Shown: positions 8,674 to 19,040 of the stretch, one piece after another
Numbering within the stretch: the stretch's first letter is position 1
How the letters are laid out: each line of letters opens with the position of its first letter
Notes under the pieces: generated by a model
Told to the model about the DNA's origin: nothing
The model's database searches: none
What the model saw: only the letters and a program-made list of their open reading frames with translations
Position numbers and translations under genes: made by a program
Source of the DNA: Spirochaetota bacterium
GTDB taxonomy: Bacteria; Spirochaetota; UBA4802; UBA5550
Assembly (NCBI GenBank): GCA_050298055.1
Contig: JBNKTL010000032.1
Span: forward strand, 1-54,363
Direction: 5' to 3'
DNA: 54,363 nt

Positions 8674-10164
8674 CTAGAGGTCATGTCCGCAGTATGAGAG
8701 ATTAAAACTTTTATTGCACAGAGGGAAATCTGATATTCCGTTGCCGCGGACCGCCTGGGCAAGCCCGAACCAGTTGTTGAAAGAGGGATCTTTTATCTTG
8801 TACCTTTTTATCTCCCCTTTCTTTCCGGTTATTGCCGCATGAACAACTTCTCCCCGCCAGCCTTCGGTCATGGAGACGATAAACTGCTCCGGTCCTGTTT
8901 TTCCCGGAGGGAGAAGCACAGGCTGTTTTTCCTTCAGTACGTCCAGCTGCTCGATGATAAACTGCAGTGACTGTTTGATCTCAACGTAACGCATATACGC
9001 ACGGGCAAAAACATCACCCGAATCCATTGTGACCTTGTGCACCGGGTAATTCCGGAATATCCCGTAGGGATGGTCGCTCCGGATATCAAGCGCCAGCCCT
9101 GAAGCGCGGGCGGAAAGCCCGACCATGCCGATTTTCTCCGCGGTTTCCCCGGAAACTTTCCCGGTGTTTTCAAATCTTGAAAGGACACTGGGGGACTCAA
9201 ACATCCTCTCACTCATCCTTTCCACATCGTCTCCGGCCTTTTCCAGTATTTTCACAATCTCCCCGGACAGGTCCTCGTCGATGTCAAATGCCACACCCCC
9301 GGGCCTTATCAATCCCCTTCCGAACCTGCTCCCGCAGATCATCAGCAGGGAATTGATAACCACTGTCCGTATTGCCCCGTATACGGAATTTCCGATTAAA
9401 TACGCCACATCCCCGGCCAGGGCGCCCAGATCACCCAGGTGAATTGCCGTCCTTTCCATCTCAAGGGCGATTCCCCGGATAGACTCAGCTCTGCCGGTAA
9501 TTTTCACTGCCCCCAGTCCTTCAACTGCCCGGGCAAAGGTGCCCGCATGGGCAATAACGGAATCACCGGCAATTGATTCGGCAAGATGAACGGGGTATTT
9601 CAACCTGTTGTTGACCATTAAAGATTCCACTCCCCGGTGCTGGTACCCGAGCTGTATTTCAAGATGATAAACATTTTCACCATGGCACATGAACCTGAAA
9701 TGTCCCGGTTCGATGACCCCCGCATGGATGGGCCCCACAGCCACTTCATGGACCTCTTCCCCGGCCATGGTGAAGAAAGGAAATGAGCTCATGCCGCTCT
9801 CACTGTTAAAGCGGTCATGTCCGAAGCGGACACCTCTTATCCAGGGATGCCCTTCCGGCTTTATTCCAAATTCCTCATACAGTTCATTTTCGAAGTTCCA
9901 GAGTTTCGGGCAGAGGGGGGTGAGTGACGGATACGAAGAGCAGCCGGTCATATCCGAAGACGCAATGCTCAGAGTGGAATCTTCATCGCTGGCAAGAACA
10001 GCGTAAAGAACAAGTGATTTCCCGGACCTGGAACCGAAAAACCCCACCGGCCGTAAACCGTCATTGATTGCTTCGATGAGACCGGACCGGAATTTTTTAA
10101 ATTCATAAACCGGTATGCTCTTTGTCTTGACCGGCAGATTATTTCTGGTTATTTTCCACTTCAT
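8674..10164 (-). CDS. ehrL: Ehr large subunit (NuoCD/HyfG-like, no NiFe ligands)
   Basis: GPIHAGVIEPGHFRF, YQHRGVE, EGWRG, KDPSF; AESIAGDS and FNLSYCGHDL replace the two CxxC motifs. Confidence 0.88.
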   Translation of the reverse strand: MKWKITRNNLPVKTKSIPVYEFKKFRSGLIEAINDGLRPVGFFGSRSGKSLVLYAVLASDEDSTLSIASSDMTGCSSYPSLTPLCPKLWNFENELYEEFGIKPEGHPWIRGVRFGHDRFNSESGMSSFPFFTMAGEEVHEVAVGPIHAGVIEPGHFRFMCHGENVYHLEIQLGYQHRGVESLMVNNRLKYPVHLAESIAGDSVIAHAGTFARAVEGLGAVKITGRAESIRGIALEMERTAIHLGDLGALAGDVAYLIGNSVYGAIRTVVINSLLMICGSRFGRGLIRPGGVAFDIDEDLSGEIVKILEKAGDDVERMSERMFESPSVLSRFENTGKVSGETAEKIGMVGLSARASGLALDIRSDHPYGIFRNYPVHKVTMDSGDVFARAYMRYVEIKQSLQFIIEQLDVLKEKQPVLLPPGKTGPEQFIVSMTEGWRGEVVHAAITGKKGEIKRYKIKDPSFNNWFGLAQAVRGNGISDFPLCNKSFNLSYCGHDL

Positions 10165-10175
10165 CCTGAAACCCG

Positions 10176-11585
10176 TTACCGTAAAACTGAAGCCGCTGAT
10201 TCAATGATAAGCCTCGCTGCCTCCGGCAGATAAACACCGCCCGCAACGAGCAGCAGAAGAAAAACGAATTGGGGGAAAAAAGACAAGTAACCTGTCTTCC
10301 GGATAGTCCCAGCCGCGGAATCCGCTCCGAAACACATTCTGAAAATGTTTTTTGCCATTCCGGCCATTATGACGGTGAGAAGCAGGAAAAAAACCGCGGC
10401 AAGCACGTAATGATTTTCCCCCAGCATGGCCTTCACGATATAAAATTCACTGATAAATATGGGTGACGGGGGAATCCCGGAAATCGCGGCAAAGGAGAAT
10501 ATCCAGAGCCATCCCGTTTTATTGTCCCCCCTTAAAAGCCCCCTGACACCCGTGATCTCCCGTGTTTCATACCTCTGCAGTATGTTGCCGCTTGTGAGAA
10601 AAAATGAAGCCTTGGCAAGGGAATGGGACACAAGGTGGAGCATTGCGGCAAAAATCCCTCCCCCTCCCAGACCGATACCGATGGCGATGATTCCCATATT
10701 TTCGATGGATGAGTATGCCAGCATCCGTTTATAGTTTTTCACGATCCCCATATAAACAGCCGTGACGAAAAGGGAGATGAACCCGAACGCAAGAAGCAGG
10801 ACCTTCACGTACCATCCCAGGCCGGCCAGGTCCATGATCTTTACCACACGGAGAATACCGAGAAATGCCGCGTTGAGGAGCGTTCCGGAAAGCAGGGCTG
10901 AAACGGGTGACGGCGATTCGGAATGAGCATCGGGAAGCCACGAATGGACCGGCGCCAGTCCGACCTTTGTACCGAACCCCACAAGGATAAAAGGAAACGC
11001 GAACTTCAGCCAGAACGGGTCAATATTTTTTGCCCGGTCCCCCAGCCTGTCAAAAAAGAGAGACCCGTTGTCGCCAAGCCCCATTGAGAAAAAGATAATA
11101 CCCATAAACGCAACCGCTATTCCCACGGAGCAGATAAAAAGATATTTCCAGGCGGCTTCAACGGCGGTATCCGACCGGTGATAGTAAATCAGGTATGCGC
11201 TGGCAAGGGTGGTCGCCTCTATGAAAACCCAGAGTAACGCCAGATGAGCGGAGAGGATGACCCCCGACATGGCCGCAATAAAAAGCAGAAGGTTCACGGT
11301 ATACATCGACTGCCTGAAATCGGTTTCTTCATCATGGGCCATATAATCAATATGATAGATTGAAATGCCCAGGAAAAGGACCGCCATGATCAGGAGAAAC
11401 AGGATGTTGATCCCGTCTATCCTGAAATAGGGAGTAAAGGGAACAGGATTAAAATACAATGCCAGGGACGCAGCAAAAAAGACAATCGCATAGAACAGCT
11501 GTAATACCCTGTTTACGGTCCTGTTTTTCAGGACGATGATTATCAGGCTGAGAACAGCGGGAAGAAATAAAATTATTTTTATCAT
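10176..11585 (-). CDS. ehrD: HyfF-like proton-translocating antiporter-like subunit
   Basis: WVFIEATTL, EAAWKY, GFGTKVGLAPVHSWLPDAHSE, KRMLAYSSIENMG. Confidence 0.88.
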   Translation of the reverse strand: MIKIILFLPAVLSLIIIVLKNRTVNRVLQLFYAIVFFAASLALYFNPVPFTPYFRIDGINILFLLIMAVLFLGISIYHIDYMAHDEETDFRQSMYTVNLLLFIAAMSGVILSAHLALLWVFIEATTLASAYLIYYHRSDTAVEAAWKYLFICSVGIAVAFMGIIFFSMGLGDNGSLFFDRLGDRAKNIDPFWLKFAFPFILVGFGTKVGLAPVHSWLPDAHSESPSPVSALLSGTLLNAAFLGILRVVKIMDLAGLGWYVKVLLLAFGFISLFVTAVYMGIVKNYKRMLAYSSIENMGIIAIGIGLGGGGIFAAMLHLVSHSLAKASFFLTSGNILQRYETREITGVRGLLRGDNKTGWLWIFSFAAISGIPPSPIFISEFYIVKAMLGENHYVLAAVFFLLLTVIMAGMAKNIFRMCFGADSAAGTIRKTGYLSFFPQFVFLLLLVAGGVYLPEAARLIIESAASVLR

Positions 11586-11591
11586 GACCGG

Positions 11592-12227
11592 TTAATCCTT
11601 TAATTTTGTCAGGCTGCTGATATTTACTCCCGAAAAGGTGTCCTGGATTTTGTTCACGAAAAGCCCCAGAAGATAAATCCCCATAAAGATATCAAGAAGG
11701 ACGCCCAGGGAGACGATAAACGGCATCTCTTTCGCCAGGGACAGTGTCAGGAGGAATATCCCGTTCTCAATGATGATATATCCCATAACATGTGTTATAA
11801 TCTTTTTCCTGGTCATGATCACCACGAACCCTGTCACAACGGTGGATATTGATATCCCGAAGTAAAGGGGTTTTACGGGCCCTTTTATCCCCACAGTGAT
11901 ATACGTTACATAGAAACCCAGTGCAAAAATCATGCTTGTCATAAAAAGTGAAAAATAAAAGGGAATGTTCGGCTCGATCTCCCTGAAAATATTGTTCTTC
12001 CTTACCACCTTAAAGAGAATAACCGGGATGAGCGCCCCCTTTACAACGAGGGTCTCAAAGAGGATGAACAGCATGTTCCCAATATGGACGTTCCCGAAGT
12101 CCAGCAGGACAAGAATAAACAGGATGATCCCCTGGGCGGCAAGGGATTTGATAAATGCCTCAACCCGGCTTGTTACGCCGATATAGAGCATTGTCAGCCC
12201 GAAGAGTATCAGCAGAAAAGGTATCAT
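11592..12227 (-). CDS. ehrC: HyfE-like membrane subunit
   Basis: Hydrophobic; GYIIIENGIFL, LGVLLD; position in operon. Confidence 0.85.
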   Translation of the reverse strand: MIPFLLILFGLTMLYIGVTSRVEAFIKSLAAQGIILFILVLLDFGNVHIGNMLFILFETLVVKGALIPVILFKVVRKNNIFREIEPNIPFYFSLFMTSMIFALGFYVTYITVGIKGPVKPLYFGISISTVVTGFVVIMTRKKIITHVMGYIIIENGIFLLTLSLAKEMPFIVSLGVLLDIFMGIYLLGLFVNKIQDTFSGVNISSLTKLKD

Positions 12228-13147
12228 TTAAGGCCCCCGGCGATGAACAGGACGGCAATTGCCAGAAGAACAATGGAGAGGGAACTCATAAAGAGAATAA
12301 ACTGGGGAACATGCGTCATTCGAAGCCGCGCCATTATTGATTCAACTGTGCCGATAAGAACGGCTACAAAGAAGTAGATACCGGCATAAAAAATTATCTC
12401 CAGCCAGAGAGGCTCTCCGGCCGGTATGATGACGGCAGCGGCAAGCGCCGTAATAAGGACCATTTTCAGCGCGGACGCGTAATTTATCAGCGCAAGGTCC
12501 GGGCCCGAATTGTCAAGGACCATGACCTCGTGGGTCATTGTCAGCTCAAGATGGGTCCCGGGATCATCAACCGGGACACGGCACCCCTCGGCAATGAGCA
12601 TGACCAGAAGAGATATTGCCGCGAAAATCGCGGTCAGGATATGGAGTTCACGGCCGGGACCGCTGAAGATAAAAAGCGCGGAAAATGAAGAGGCCCTGTT
12701 GATAAACGCGAAGGAACCGAGTATAATAAAAAAAGCGGGTTCAACAAGAACGGAAAATGTCGCCTCCCTGCCCGCGCCCATCCCCTCAAAACTTGATCCC
12801 GTATCCAGCGCCCCGGTGATCATAAAAAATTTCCCCAGGGCAAGGATATAGGCAAAAAAAACAAAATCCCCGTTAAAAGATAAAAACTGCTGTTTCCCAA
12901 TAAGCGGAGTTACAAGGGCCGCCAGCAGGACGGAAGAGACCGTTACCGAAGGCGCAATATGAAAAATACCGGAGACCGCGGTACTGATGACTTCTCCCTT
13001 GCCCAGCAGTTTGATAAAATCCCTGTACGGCTGCAGAAGAGACGGCCCCCGGCGCCCGCTCCATAATGATTTTACCCTGTTGATAAGGCCTGTAAAGAGA
13101 AAAGGAAGCAGTAAAATAAGCACGGCATTAATAACATTTTCAATCAT
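12224..13147 (-). CDS. ehrB: HyfC/NuoH-like membrane subunit
   Basis: GRRGPSLLQPYRD, DTGSSFEGMGAGRE, RVPVDDPGTHLELTMTHE; start reset to ATG 13147. Confidence 0.88.
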   Translation of the reverse strand: MIENVINAVLILLLPFLFTGLINRVKSLWSGRRGPSLLQPYRDFIKLLGKGEVISTAVSGIFHIAPSVTVSSVLLAALVTPLIGKQQFLSFNGDFVFFAYILALGKFFMITGALDTGSSFEGMGAGREATFSVLVEPAFFIILGSFAFINRASSFSALFIFSGPGRELHILTAIFAAISLLVMLIAEGCRVPVDDPGTHLELTMTHEVMVLDNSGPDLALINYASALKMVLITALAAAVIIPAGEPLWLEIIFYAGIYFFVAVLIGTVESIMARLRMTHVPQFILFMSSLSIVLLAIAVLFIAGGLK

Positions 13148-13149
13148 GA

Positions 13150-15129
13150 TTAAACACCGATGATCCATACAAGTATAATGAGAAGGGAAACAAGCCCGTA
13201 GAGAATATACTGCTGGGTATTCCCGCTCTGTATCCATGAAAAACGGCCCAATATTTTTCTCACCAGTTCTATCCCCGGAATAATGACCAGTGATTCAAAT
13301 TTATCTTCAATGCTGCTTTCATATTTCGCCTCCTCCGGGAACAGACCTTCCGGTGGAGCACTCTTCTCGCTGAAACGGAAAAAGACCCTGTTGAGGCTGA
13401 TAAAATGTCCGGAGAAGGAGGATGCCGTATACTGCATCCGTGAATTCCCCGAAGAATATCCGCAGTCCCATGTTTTAAAGGTTTCGACTGTTCTTCTTCT
13501 GAGAAGCAAAGTCCTCAATAGAAAAATAAGCCCCGTCAGCCCCGCAAACAACCAGATCATTATCGTTATATTTCCCATAGTTTCCTTAAACGGTGAGGAA
13601 ACCGCCTGGCTGCCGGAAAAATTTACTGCCCCGGTGATCTTTTCGAAAACCTGAAAAACCTGCCCCGGCAGAATTCCGATTCCAATGATCGGAACAGAGA
13701 GCAGGACCATTACCAGCCGCATGACCCGGGGGACCTCCCGTGCGGTTTCCGGGTAATCGGTCCGGGGATGACCGAGAAACATAATCCCGAAAACCCGGGA
13801 AAAGCAGAAAAGCCCGAGAGCGCCAATGAGCGCAAACCCGGAAAAGGAGAGGATAAATACCACAACAAGGGGTATACTCCCACTCTGCATTCCGGAAACC
13901 AGCCCCAGGTAGATAATAAATTCACTGACAAAGCCGTTAAAAGGGGGCAGCCCGGCTATGGCAATAGAGCCGATGAGAAAAAAAACCGCCGAGTACTTCA
14001 TTTTTTTTATAATACCGCCCATCCTGTTTATATTCAGGGTGTGTGTTTCCCGGTACACGCCCCCTGCGGCGAAGAAAAGCAGGGTTTTAAAGAGCGAGTG
14101 GTTCAGGACGTGCAGGAGGGCGCCGGCATATCCCAGAACCACAAGGGCCCCGTTATCATACGCACTGCCGAGAAGACCGATCCCTATCCCCGCCCCAATA
14201 ATACCGATGTTTTCCACACTGCTGTAGGCAAGAAGTTTTTTGACATTGTGCTGGGTAATCGCGTAGGCAACACCCAGGACTCCCGTTACAATTGAGACTC
14301 CCAGGACCGTATAACCCATAAACAGAGTTTTCTCCGGAATAAACGTTATCATCCTGAGGATACCGTAAATACCTGTTTTTATCATAACACCGGACATGAG
14401 ACCGGAGATATGACCGGGCGCGGCGGGATGGGCCCTGGGAAGCCAGGTATGAAAGGGAATGAATCCCGCCTTGGTACCGAACCCGGCAAAAAAAAGGAAA
14501 AAGACAACAGTGGAGAGTTCCCTGTTGTTCTCCAGGACCGTTTTATAAGAGGAAAAATCCAGACTTCCCGAACCGTTGAAAAGAATGATAAAGGCGCAGA
14601 TCAAAAAGAGGGCCCCCATGTGCATGGATACCAGGTAGTTTATTCCGGCCTTTACCACGTCCTCTTTTTCATTCTCAAAGACAACAAGGAAAAAAGATGA
14701 TAACGACATGATCTCCCACACAACGAGAAACGCCAGGGAATTCTGGACAACGGGGACCAGGAGCATGGACGCAACAAGCAGGGAGAGGAAAAAGAAATGG
14801 GATGAAACCGTCCGTTTCCGGCCGTAATAGGGCTTCATATAACCGGAGGCATAAAGAGACCCGAGAAAGCTCATGGCCGATATGACGGAAATAAAAAACG
14901 CGGAAAGGCCGTCAATGACCATATGGATCCCCCAAAAAGGGGCCTGGAGGACAAACCCCGCGATAAGAGGTTCATTGTTCCGGATAATCAGATAAGAAAG
15001 ACGGAGTACAATAACAGCCGATATGCCGGTAGATAAAGAAACAGAGTAAGCTTTATATTTTTCAGGCAGAAAAAGAGAGAGGAGCCCCCCGGATAAAACA
15101 ATGATAACACCCAGAAGGTAGCTGTCCAT
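13150..15129 (-). CDS. ehrA: HyfB-like antiporter-like subunit
   Basis: WEIMSLSS, GTKAGFIPFHTWLPRAHPAAP, KLLAYSSVENIG, GLPPFNGFVSE, TWDCGY. Confidence 0.9.
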   Translation of the reverse strand: MDSYLLGVIIVLSGGLLSLFLPEKYKAYSVSLSTGISAVIVLRLSYLIIRNNEPLIAGFVLQAPFWGIHMVIDGLSAFFISVISAMSFLGSLYASGYMKPYYGRKRTVSSHFFFLSLLVASMLLVPVVQNSLAFLVVWEIMSLSSFFLVVFENEKEDVVKAGINYLVSMHMGALFLICAFIILFNGSGSLDFSSYKTVLENNRELSTVVFFLFFAGFGTKAGFIPFHTWLPRAHPAAPGHISGLMSGVMIKTGIYGILRMITFIPEKTLFMGYTVLGVSIVTGVLGVAYAITQHNVKKLLAYSSVENIGIIGAGIGIGLLGSAYDNGALVVLGYAGALLHVLNHSLFKTLLFFAAGGVYRETHTLNINRMGGIIKKMKYSAVFFLIGSIAIAGLPPFNGFVSEFIIYLGLVSGMQSGSIPLVVVFILSFSGFALIGALGLFCFSRVFGIMFLGHPRTDYPETAREVPRVMRLVMVLLSVPIIGIGILPGQVFQVFEKITGAVNFSGSQAVSSPFKETMGNITIMIWLFAGLTGLIFLLRTLLLRRRTVETFKTWDCGYSSGNSRMQYTASSFSGHFISLNRVFFRFSEKSAPPEGLFPEEAKYESSIEDKFESLVIIPGIELVRKILGRFSWIQSGNTQQYILYGLVSLLIILVWIIGV

Positions 15130-15806
15130 TATTGGCTCTTTTCCCAGCTTTTTTCAATCTTCTCAATACAATGGGATATCTTTTCGAAACCTTCCCTCTT
15201 TTCCAGCGCGGATACCAGGTCACTGTTTCGGCAGATAAACGTCAGTTTTGAAAGTATTTCAAGGTGCCTTCTCGGGCTTGATGAAATGATGAGGAAAAGA
15301 GTACGGACCGGTATCCTGTCAAGGGCCATAAAATCCACCGGGTGTTCAAGAAGACAGAGCGAGATGAGCTCTTCATCCGGGTCTGCCAGGACAGGGTTCC
15401 GGGAATGGGGAAGGGCGATCCCTCCCCCCACCGCGGTTGTCATCATGTTTTCCCTTTCGATAAATGACGAGATAATTTCTTTTTTATTTACACCGTGAAG
15501 CCCGGGCAGCAGCGAAACCGAATTTTTTATGACTTCATGGGGGTCTTTTCCCCTTACAGTGTAGCGTATCCCGCCCCTTTCAATCAGCCGGGATATCCTG
15601 ACCGGTTTCTCCGTCAATTTAAGTTCGAGTATCTTTTCAGAGACCTGAATATCGTTCTTTAAGACCCATTCATGGATCTCTCCCCGGTTGAAATAGCACT
15701 GGTTTTTCACCCGGTAAAAGGGAATTTTTTTTTCACTGATCAGGCGTCTGACTGTTTTTTCCGGCAAGCCCAGAAGCTGAACAATATCATTGATATTCAG
15801 ATCCAC
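15129..15806 (-). CDS. Excisionase-type HTH fused to a PTS EIIA(Ntr/Fru)-like domain
   Basis: N-terminal LGLPEKTVRRLISEKKIP...FNRGEIHEW; RE..TTAVGGGIALPH with the conserved phospho-His. Confidence 0.88.
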   Translation of the reverse strand: MDLNINDIVQLLGLPEKTVRRLISEKKIPFYRVKNQCYFNRGEIHEWVLKNDIQVSEKILELKLTEKPVRISRLIERGGIRYTVRGKDPHEVIKNSVSLLPGLHGVNKKEIISSFIERENMMTTAVGGGIALPHSRNPVLADPDEELISLCLLEHPVDFMALDRIPVRTLFLIISSSPRRHLEILSKLTFICRNSDLVSALEKREGFEKISHCIEKIEKSWEKSQ

Positions 15807-15958
15807 AACTACAACCTATGGAGAAATTAAGCTACATTGTGATATTCACAACTGTATGGCAGTACAGTAATTTTAACCTGTTTTTTTATGCAAGATATTT
15901 TTATGGGAGGGTATTAAATGTTTATTGAAAAACTTCGTACTCTTTGCTTCAGGGCGGT

Positions 15959-16948
15959 TCAAAAATTCGCCCACTCCTCCGGCCGGGAGAGGAGGTAGCA
16001 CATAAGGTACTCTTCAATTGTCTTCTTGGGACCGTCAATACAACTCCGGTTCCTGAAAAACGCGTTTGTCTTCCTCTGGACAAAATACCTGTAAAAATCC
16101 CGGGGATCATCGCTGAGGTAATCGGGATATACCGGTTTCTTTCCGATGATTTTTTCAATTTCAAATCCGTTAAATGATATTTTCTCATGCTCATCCATAT
16201 AGCTGTTCACTATCTTCATCTCTTCATAACTCAATCCCAGAAGAAACTCTCTCAGGGAATCGATCTCGTCCTGTTCAAGTTCATCCCTCTGAAGAAAATC
16301 AAGCCATGCCGAATCACACCTGTCCGAGAGCCTGAAAAACTCGGTAATCCCTATCATGGTCCCGTACGCGGGGACCATCTTTTCCCTGGTCCTCCATATG
16401 TTGCTGAGGATCGGAACAAATTCCCTCACACCCTGGTACACCCTGTATTCCCAGATATTTGCCAGAAGAAATGCCGCGCTGTTCCTTATGTGAGCTGAGA
16501 TACTTTTGTCCGATACAATTGACATGAAGACCTCTTCTTCCATAATATTGAAGATGATCTTCTCAGCCAGTTCCAGAAGGAGATCATTTTTTCCCGCAAG
16601 GCTCTGAACTTCCCGGGTCAGGTAAATAAGCATATAGAAAAAATTAATTTTGGCAATGGAAAAACTTCTTCCCAGTATGGCCTTGGTGGGGATATTAAAA
16701 ATCATATCCGCCCTGTCTTTAAGGGTAAGATTATTTACCAGGGTATCAACCGATCGTGAGATACCTCCAAGGCTCTGCTCTTTCAGAATTGACGGGTATG
16801 ATGATATTGTGACGGTAAGTTCCCTGAGCGCAGTTTCATTCCTGATGATTTCAGCAATCTCCTTTTCCCTGCTGCCGATAGAGAGACCTGCCTTGATATA
16901 TTCAACGGCCTCCTTCTCCTCTTCTGAAAATACAATAATTTCTTTCAT
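15959..16948 (-). CDS. Hypothetical protein
   Basis: 329-aa ORF with no recognised motif. Confidence 0.75.
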   Translation of the reverse strand: MKEIIVFSEEEKEAVEYIKAGLSIGSREKEIAEIIRNETALRELTVTISSYPSILKEQSLGGISRSVDTLVNNLTLKDRADMIFNIPTKAILGRSFSIAKINFFYMLIYLTREVQSLAGKNDLLLELAEKIIFNIMEEEVFMSIVSDKSISAHIRNSAAFLLANIWEYRVYQGVREFVPILSNIWRTREKMVPAYGTMIGITEFFRLSDRCDSAWLDFLQRDELEQDEIDSLREFLLGLSYEEMKIVNSYMDEHEKISFNGFEIEKIIGKKPVYPDYLSDDPRDFYRYFVQRKTNAFFRNRSCIDGPKKTIEEYLMCYLLSRPEEWANF

Positions 16949-16953
16949 GGAAT

Positions 16954-17076
16954 TATGTTTTAATACTATTTGTTATATTATAGTAACTGCTAAGTCCCCG
17001 CTGCCCGGGACGGCGGGAATATATTCCTGGTATTTTATTAAATATCGATATTTTAGTCATACAGCTGAGTCATTAC
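16954..17076 (+). mobile_element. MITE-like repeat, degenerate copy
   Basis: gtccccgctgcc-cgg-gacggcgggaatatatt...tattttattaaat...agtcatacagctgagtcattac aligns to the 5139 copy. Confidence 0.65.
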
Positions 17077-17241
17077 ATATTATATATCGTAATTTTTTTC
17101 CAGAACAAATACTTATTACTTTTATTTTAAAATTTATTTTTAAGAGGTATTCATAAAAAAAACAGGACAAATGCCGATCATAATAAATAATAGCCCGTAA
17201 TTCTCTCGTCAATTCAACAAACCAGAGTGATACAAACGCAC

Positions 17242-18264
17242 ATGAAAAAAACATTTCTTATCCTCATATTTGCTCTTTCTTATTTACAGCCTGTCATACC
17301 TGCGGATGAAAGTCCCGGGGCAGTACGGAATAAAAACCGGTTTCAGAAGGTCCACCTGCCGACCGGTTTTAAACTTGAAGCCGCGGCCCAAAAAAAATTT
17401 ACCGGTACATTTGTGAACATCACCCTCTCCGCCCGAAAATTCTCACAGGGGAACGCGGTTTATGTGGAGATTATTCCTCATGAGAAAGAAAACCATGAAC
17501 TTGAAGTTAAAAGTTTCTCCTTTGACGGTAAAAATGTCCCCCTCACGGGAAAGAAATGGGGATACCGGGGTTTCTTTGGACTGTCCCCCCGGGGAAAAAC
17601 AGGAAAAAGAAAGATCGTTCTTAAGTACAGGTATAATAAAAAGCCCATGACTTTTCTCCGCAGTATTGATATCAAAAAAACATTTTTCCCGGTTTATAAA
17701 AGGCCCCTTGACCTCGGGAAATATTCCGACGTGAGAAAAAGAACTCCCGAAGAGATAAAGCATATTAAGAAATCCAAAGTAAAGAAAAAAGCCGCGTTCA
17801 GTCACAGGGGAAAGGACCTCGTAACCGGCATTTTCTCTCATCCCCGGGACATGCACTATATAACCTCGCCCTTCTGGTCAAAACGGGTCTACATGAGGTA
17901 TAAAAAGAGAAAAGGGAAAAAGATCAGGCTCAAGAGTACTTCGAGTATTCACCGGGGCCTTGACCTGAGGGGGGAAACAGGCACACCGGTCTATTCCATT
18001 GCTGACGGGGAGGTTGTACTGGCCGATAATCTCTACTTTGAAGGGAACATGGTTATTATTGATCACGGCAACGGGATCTTTACCTATTTTATGCATATGA
18101 GCAATCTTGCTGTAAAAAAGAGTGACATGGCAAAGGCAGGTTCCCTCATAGGGCATGTGGGATCCACGGGAAGCTCCACGGCGGCACATCTCCATGTTTC
18201 CCTCGTTATCAGGGGAGTACAGATCGATCCGCTCAGTCTGCTTCCGCTGCCGGTGAGGGACTGA
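17242..18264 (+). CDS. M23-family metallopeptidase with a signal peptide
   Basis: HRGLD, GNMVIIDHG, GSTGSSTAAHLH. Confidence 0.9.
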   Translation: MKKTFLILIFALSYLQPVIPADESPGAVRNKNRFQKVHLPTGFKLEAAAQKKFTGTFVNITLSARKFSQGNAVYVEIIPHEKENHELEVKSFSFDGKNVPLTGKKWGYRGFFGLSPRGKTGKRKIVLKYRYNKKPMTFLRSIDIKKTFFPVYKRPLDLGKYSDVRKRTPEEIKHIKKSKVKKKAAFSHRGKDLVTGIFSHPRDMHYITSPFWSKRVYMRYKKRKGKKIRLKSTSSIHRGLDLRGETGTPVYSIADGEVVLADNLYFEGNMVIIDHGNGIFTYFMHMSNLAVKKSDMAKAGSLIGHVGSTGSSTAAHLHVSLVIRGVQIDPLSLLPLPVRD

Positions 18265-18364
18265 CGGGAACAACAATTTTCACCGCAACAGGAAGAAAAT
18301 TCCATTGACAGAATTTCCGGAAAAGATATACATTATGATGAAAATCACAACCCTGGAGTAAAAC

Positions 18365-18871
18365 ATGGCTAAAAGTACGAAAAATGCCGTTCTCATATGT
18401 TCTATCCTGACACTTATTGCGGTTGCCGCTTCAATTCTCGGAATAACAAAAAGCATACCCCTCGCAATTGTCATCGGGATGATTCCCGTTGCCGCTTATG
18501 AAGTCTACCGCACAGAGGGAATTACAACAAAGATATCTTCCGTGGGGATTTTTCTCATACTTGTAGTTGAAATAATAATTATTGCACGGGGGATGAAGCT
18601 GGACAGCATAGAGGTCTTAAGTTCATTGAAAAAATCATTTCCCTTCATCGAACTGAGCATGATCGCCCCGGTGGTCACGGCGTTCCTCTCCTTTACTCTT
18701 TTCAGGAGAACATACGGGATCTATACAAGGTGGCTTGCCGTTGTCATTCTTGCAACATCCCTTGCGCTCCTCTACTCGGTTAATCCTTCTTTGGTGGAGA
18801 AGGTCAAGAAGAGTGACGTACAGGAAGTCATTAAGGATAAGATCAAAGATGAGGTCAGGCGGAGATACTGA
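18365..18871 (+). CDS. Hypothetical membrane protein
   Basis: Several TM segments; GGAG RBS; TTGACA promoter-like box at 18305. Confidence 0.75.
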   Translation: MAKSTKNAVLICSILTLIAVAASILGITKSIPLAIVIGMIPVAAYEVYRTEGITTKISSVGIFLILVVEIIIIARGMKLDSIEVLSSLKKSFPFIELSMIAPVVTAFLSFTLFRRTYGIYTRWLAVVILATSLALLYSVNPSLVEKVKKSDVQEVIKDKIKDEVRRRY

Positions 18872-19040
18872 TCCTTAAGCTTTCCACTGGTTTTTTATCC
18901 TCTTCTTCAGTTTTTCCCATGAGCCGGTTACCCGTGTGTAAATGATTTTCTGTTGACAGAATATCCTCCCAATGGAACCAATAAGAGACTTTTAAAACCG
19001 GCCCTCCAGCCTTAATAAACAAAACAGCGAGGCAATTAAT

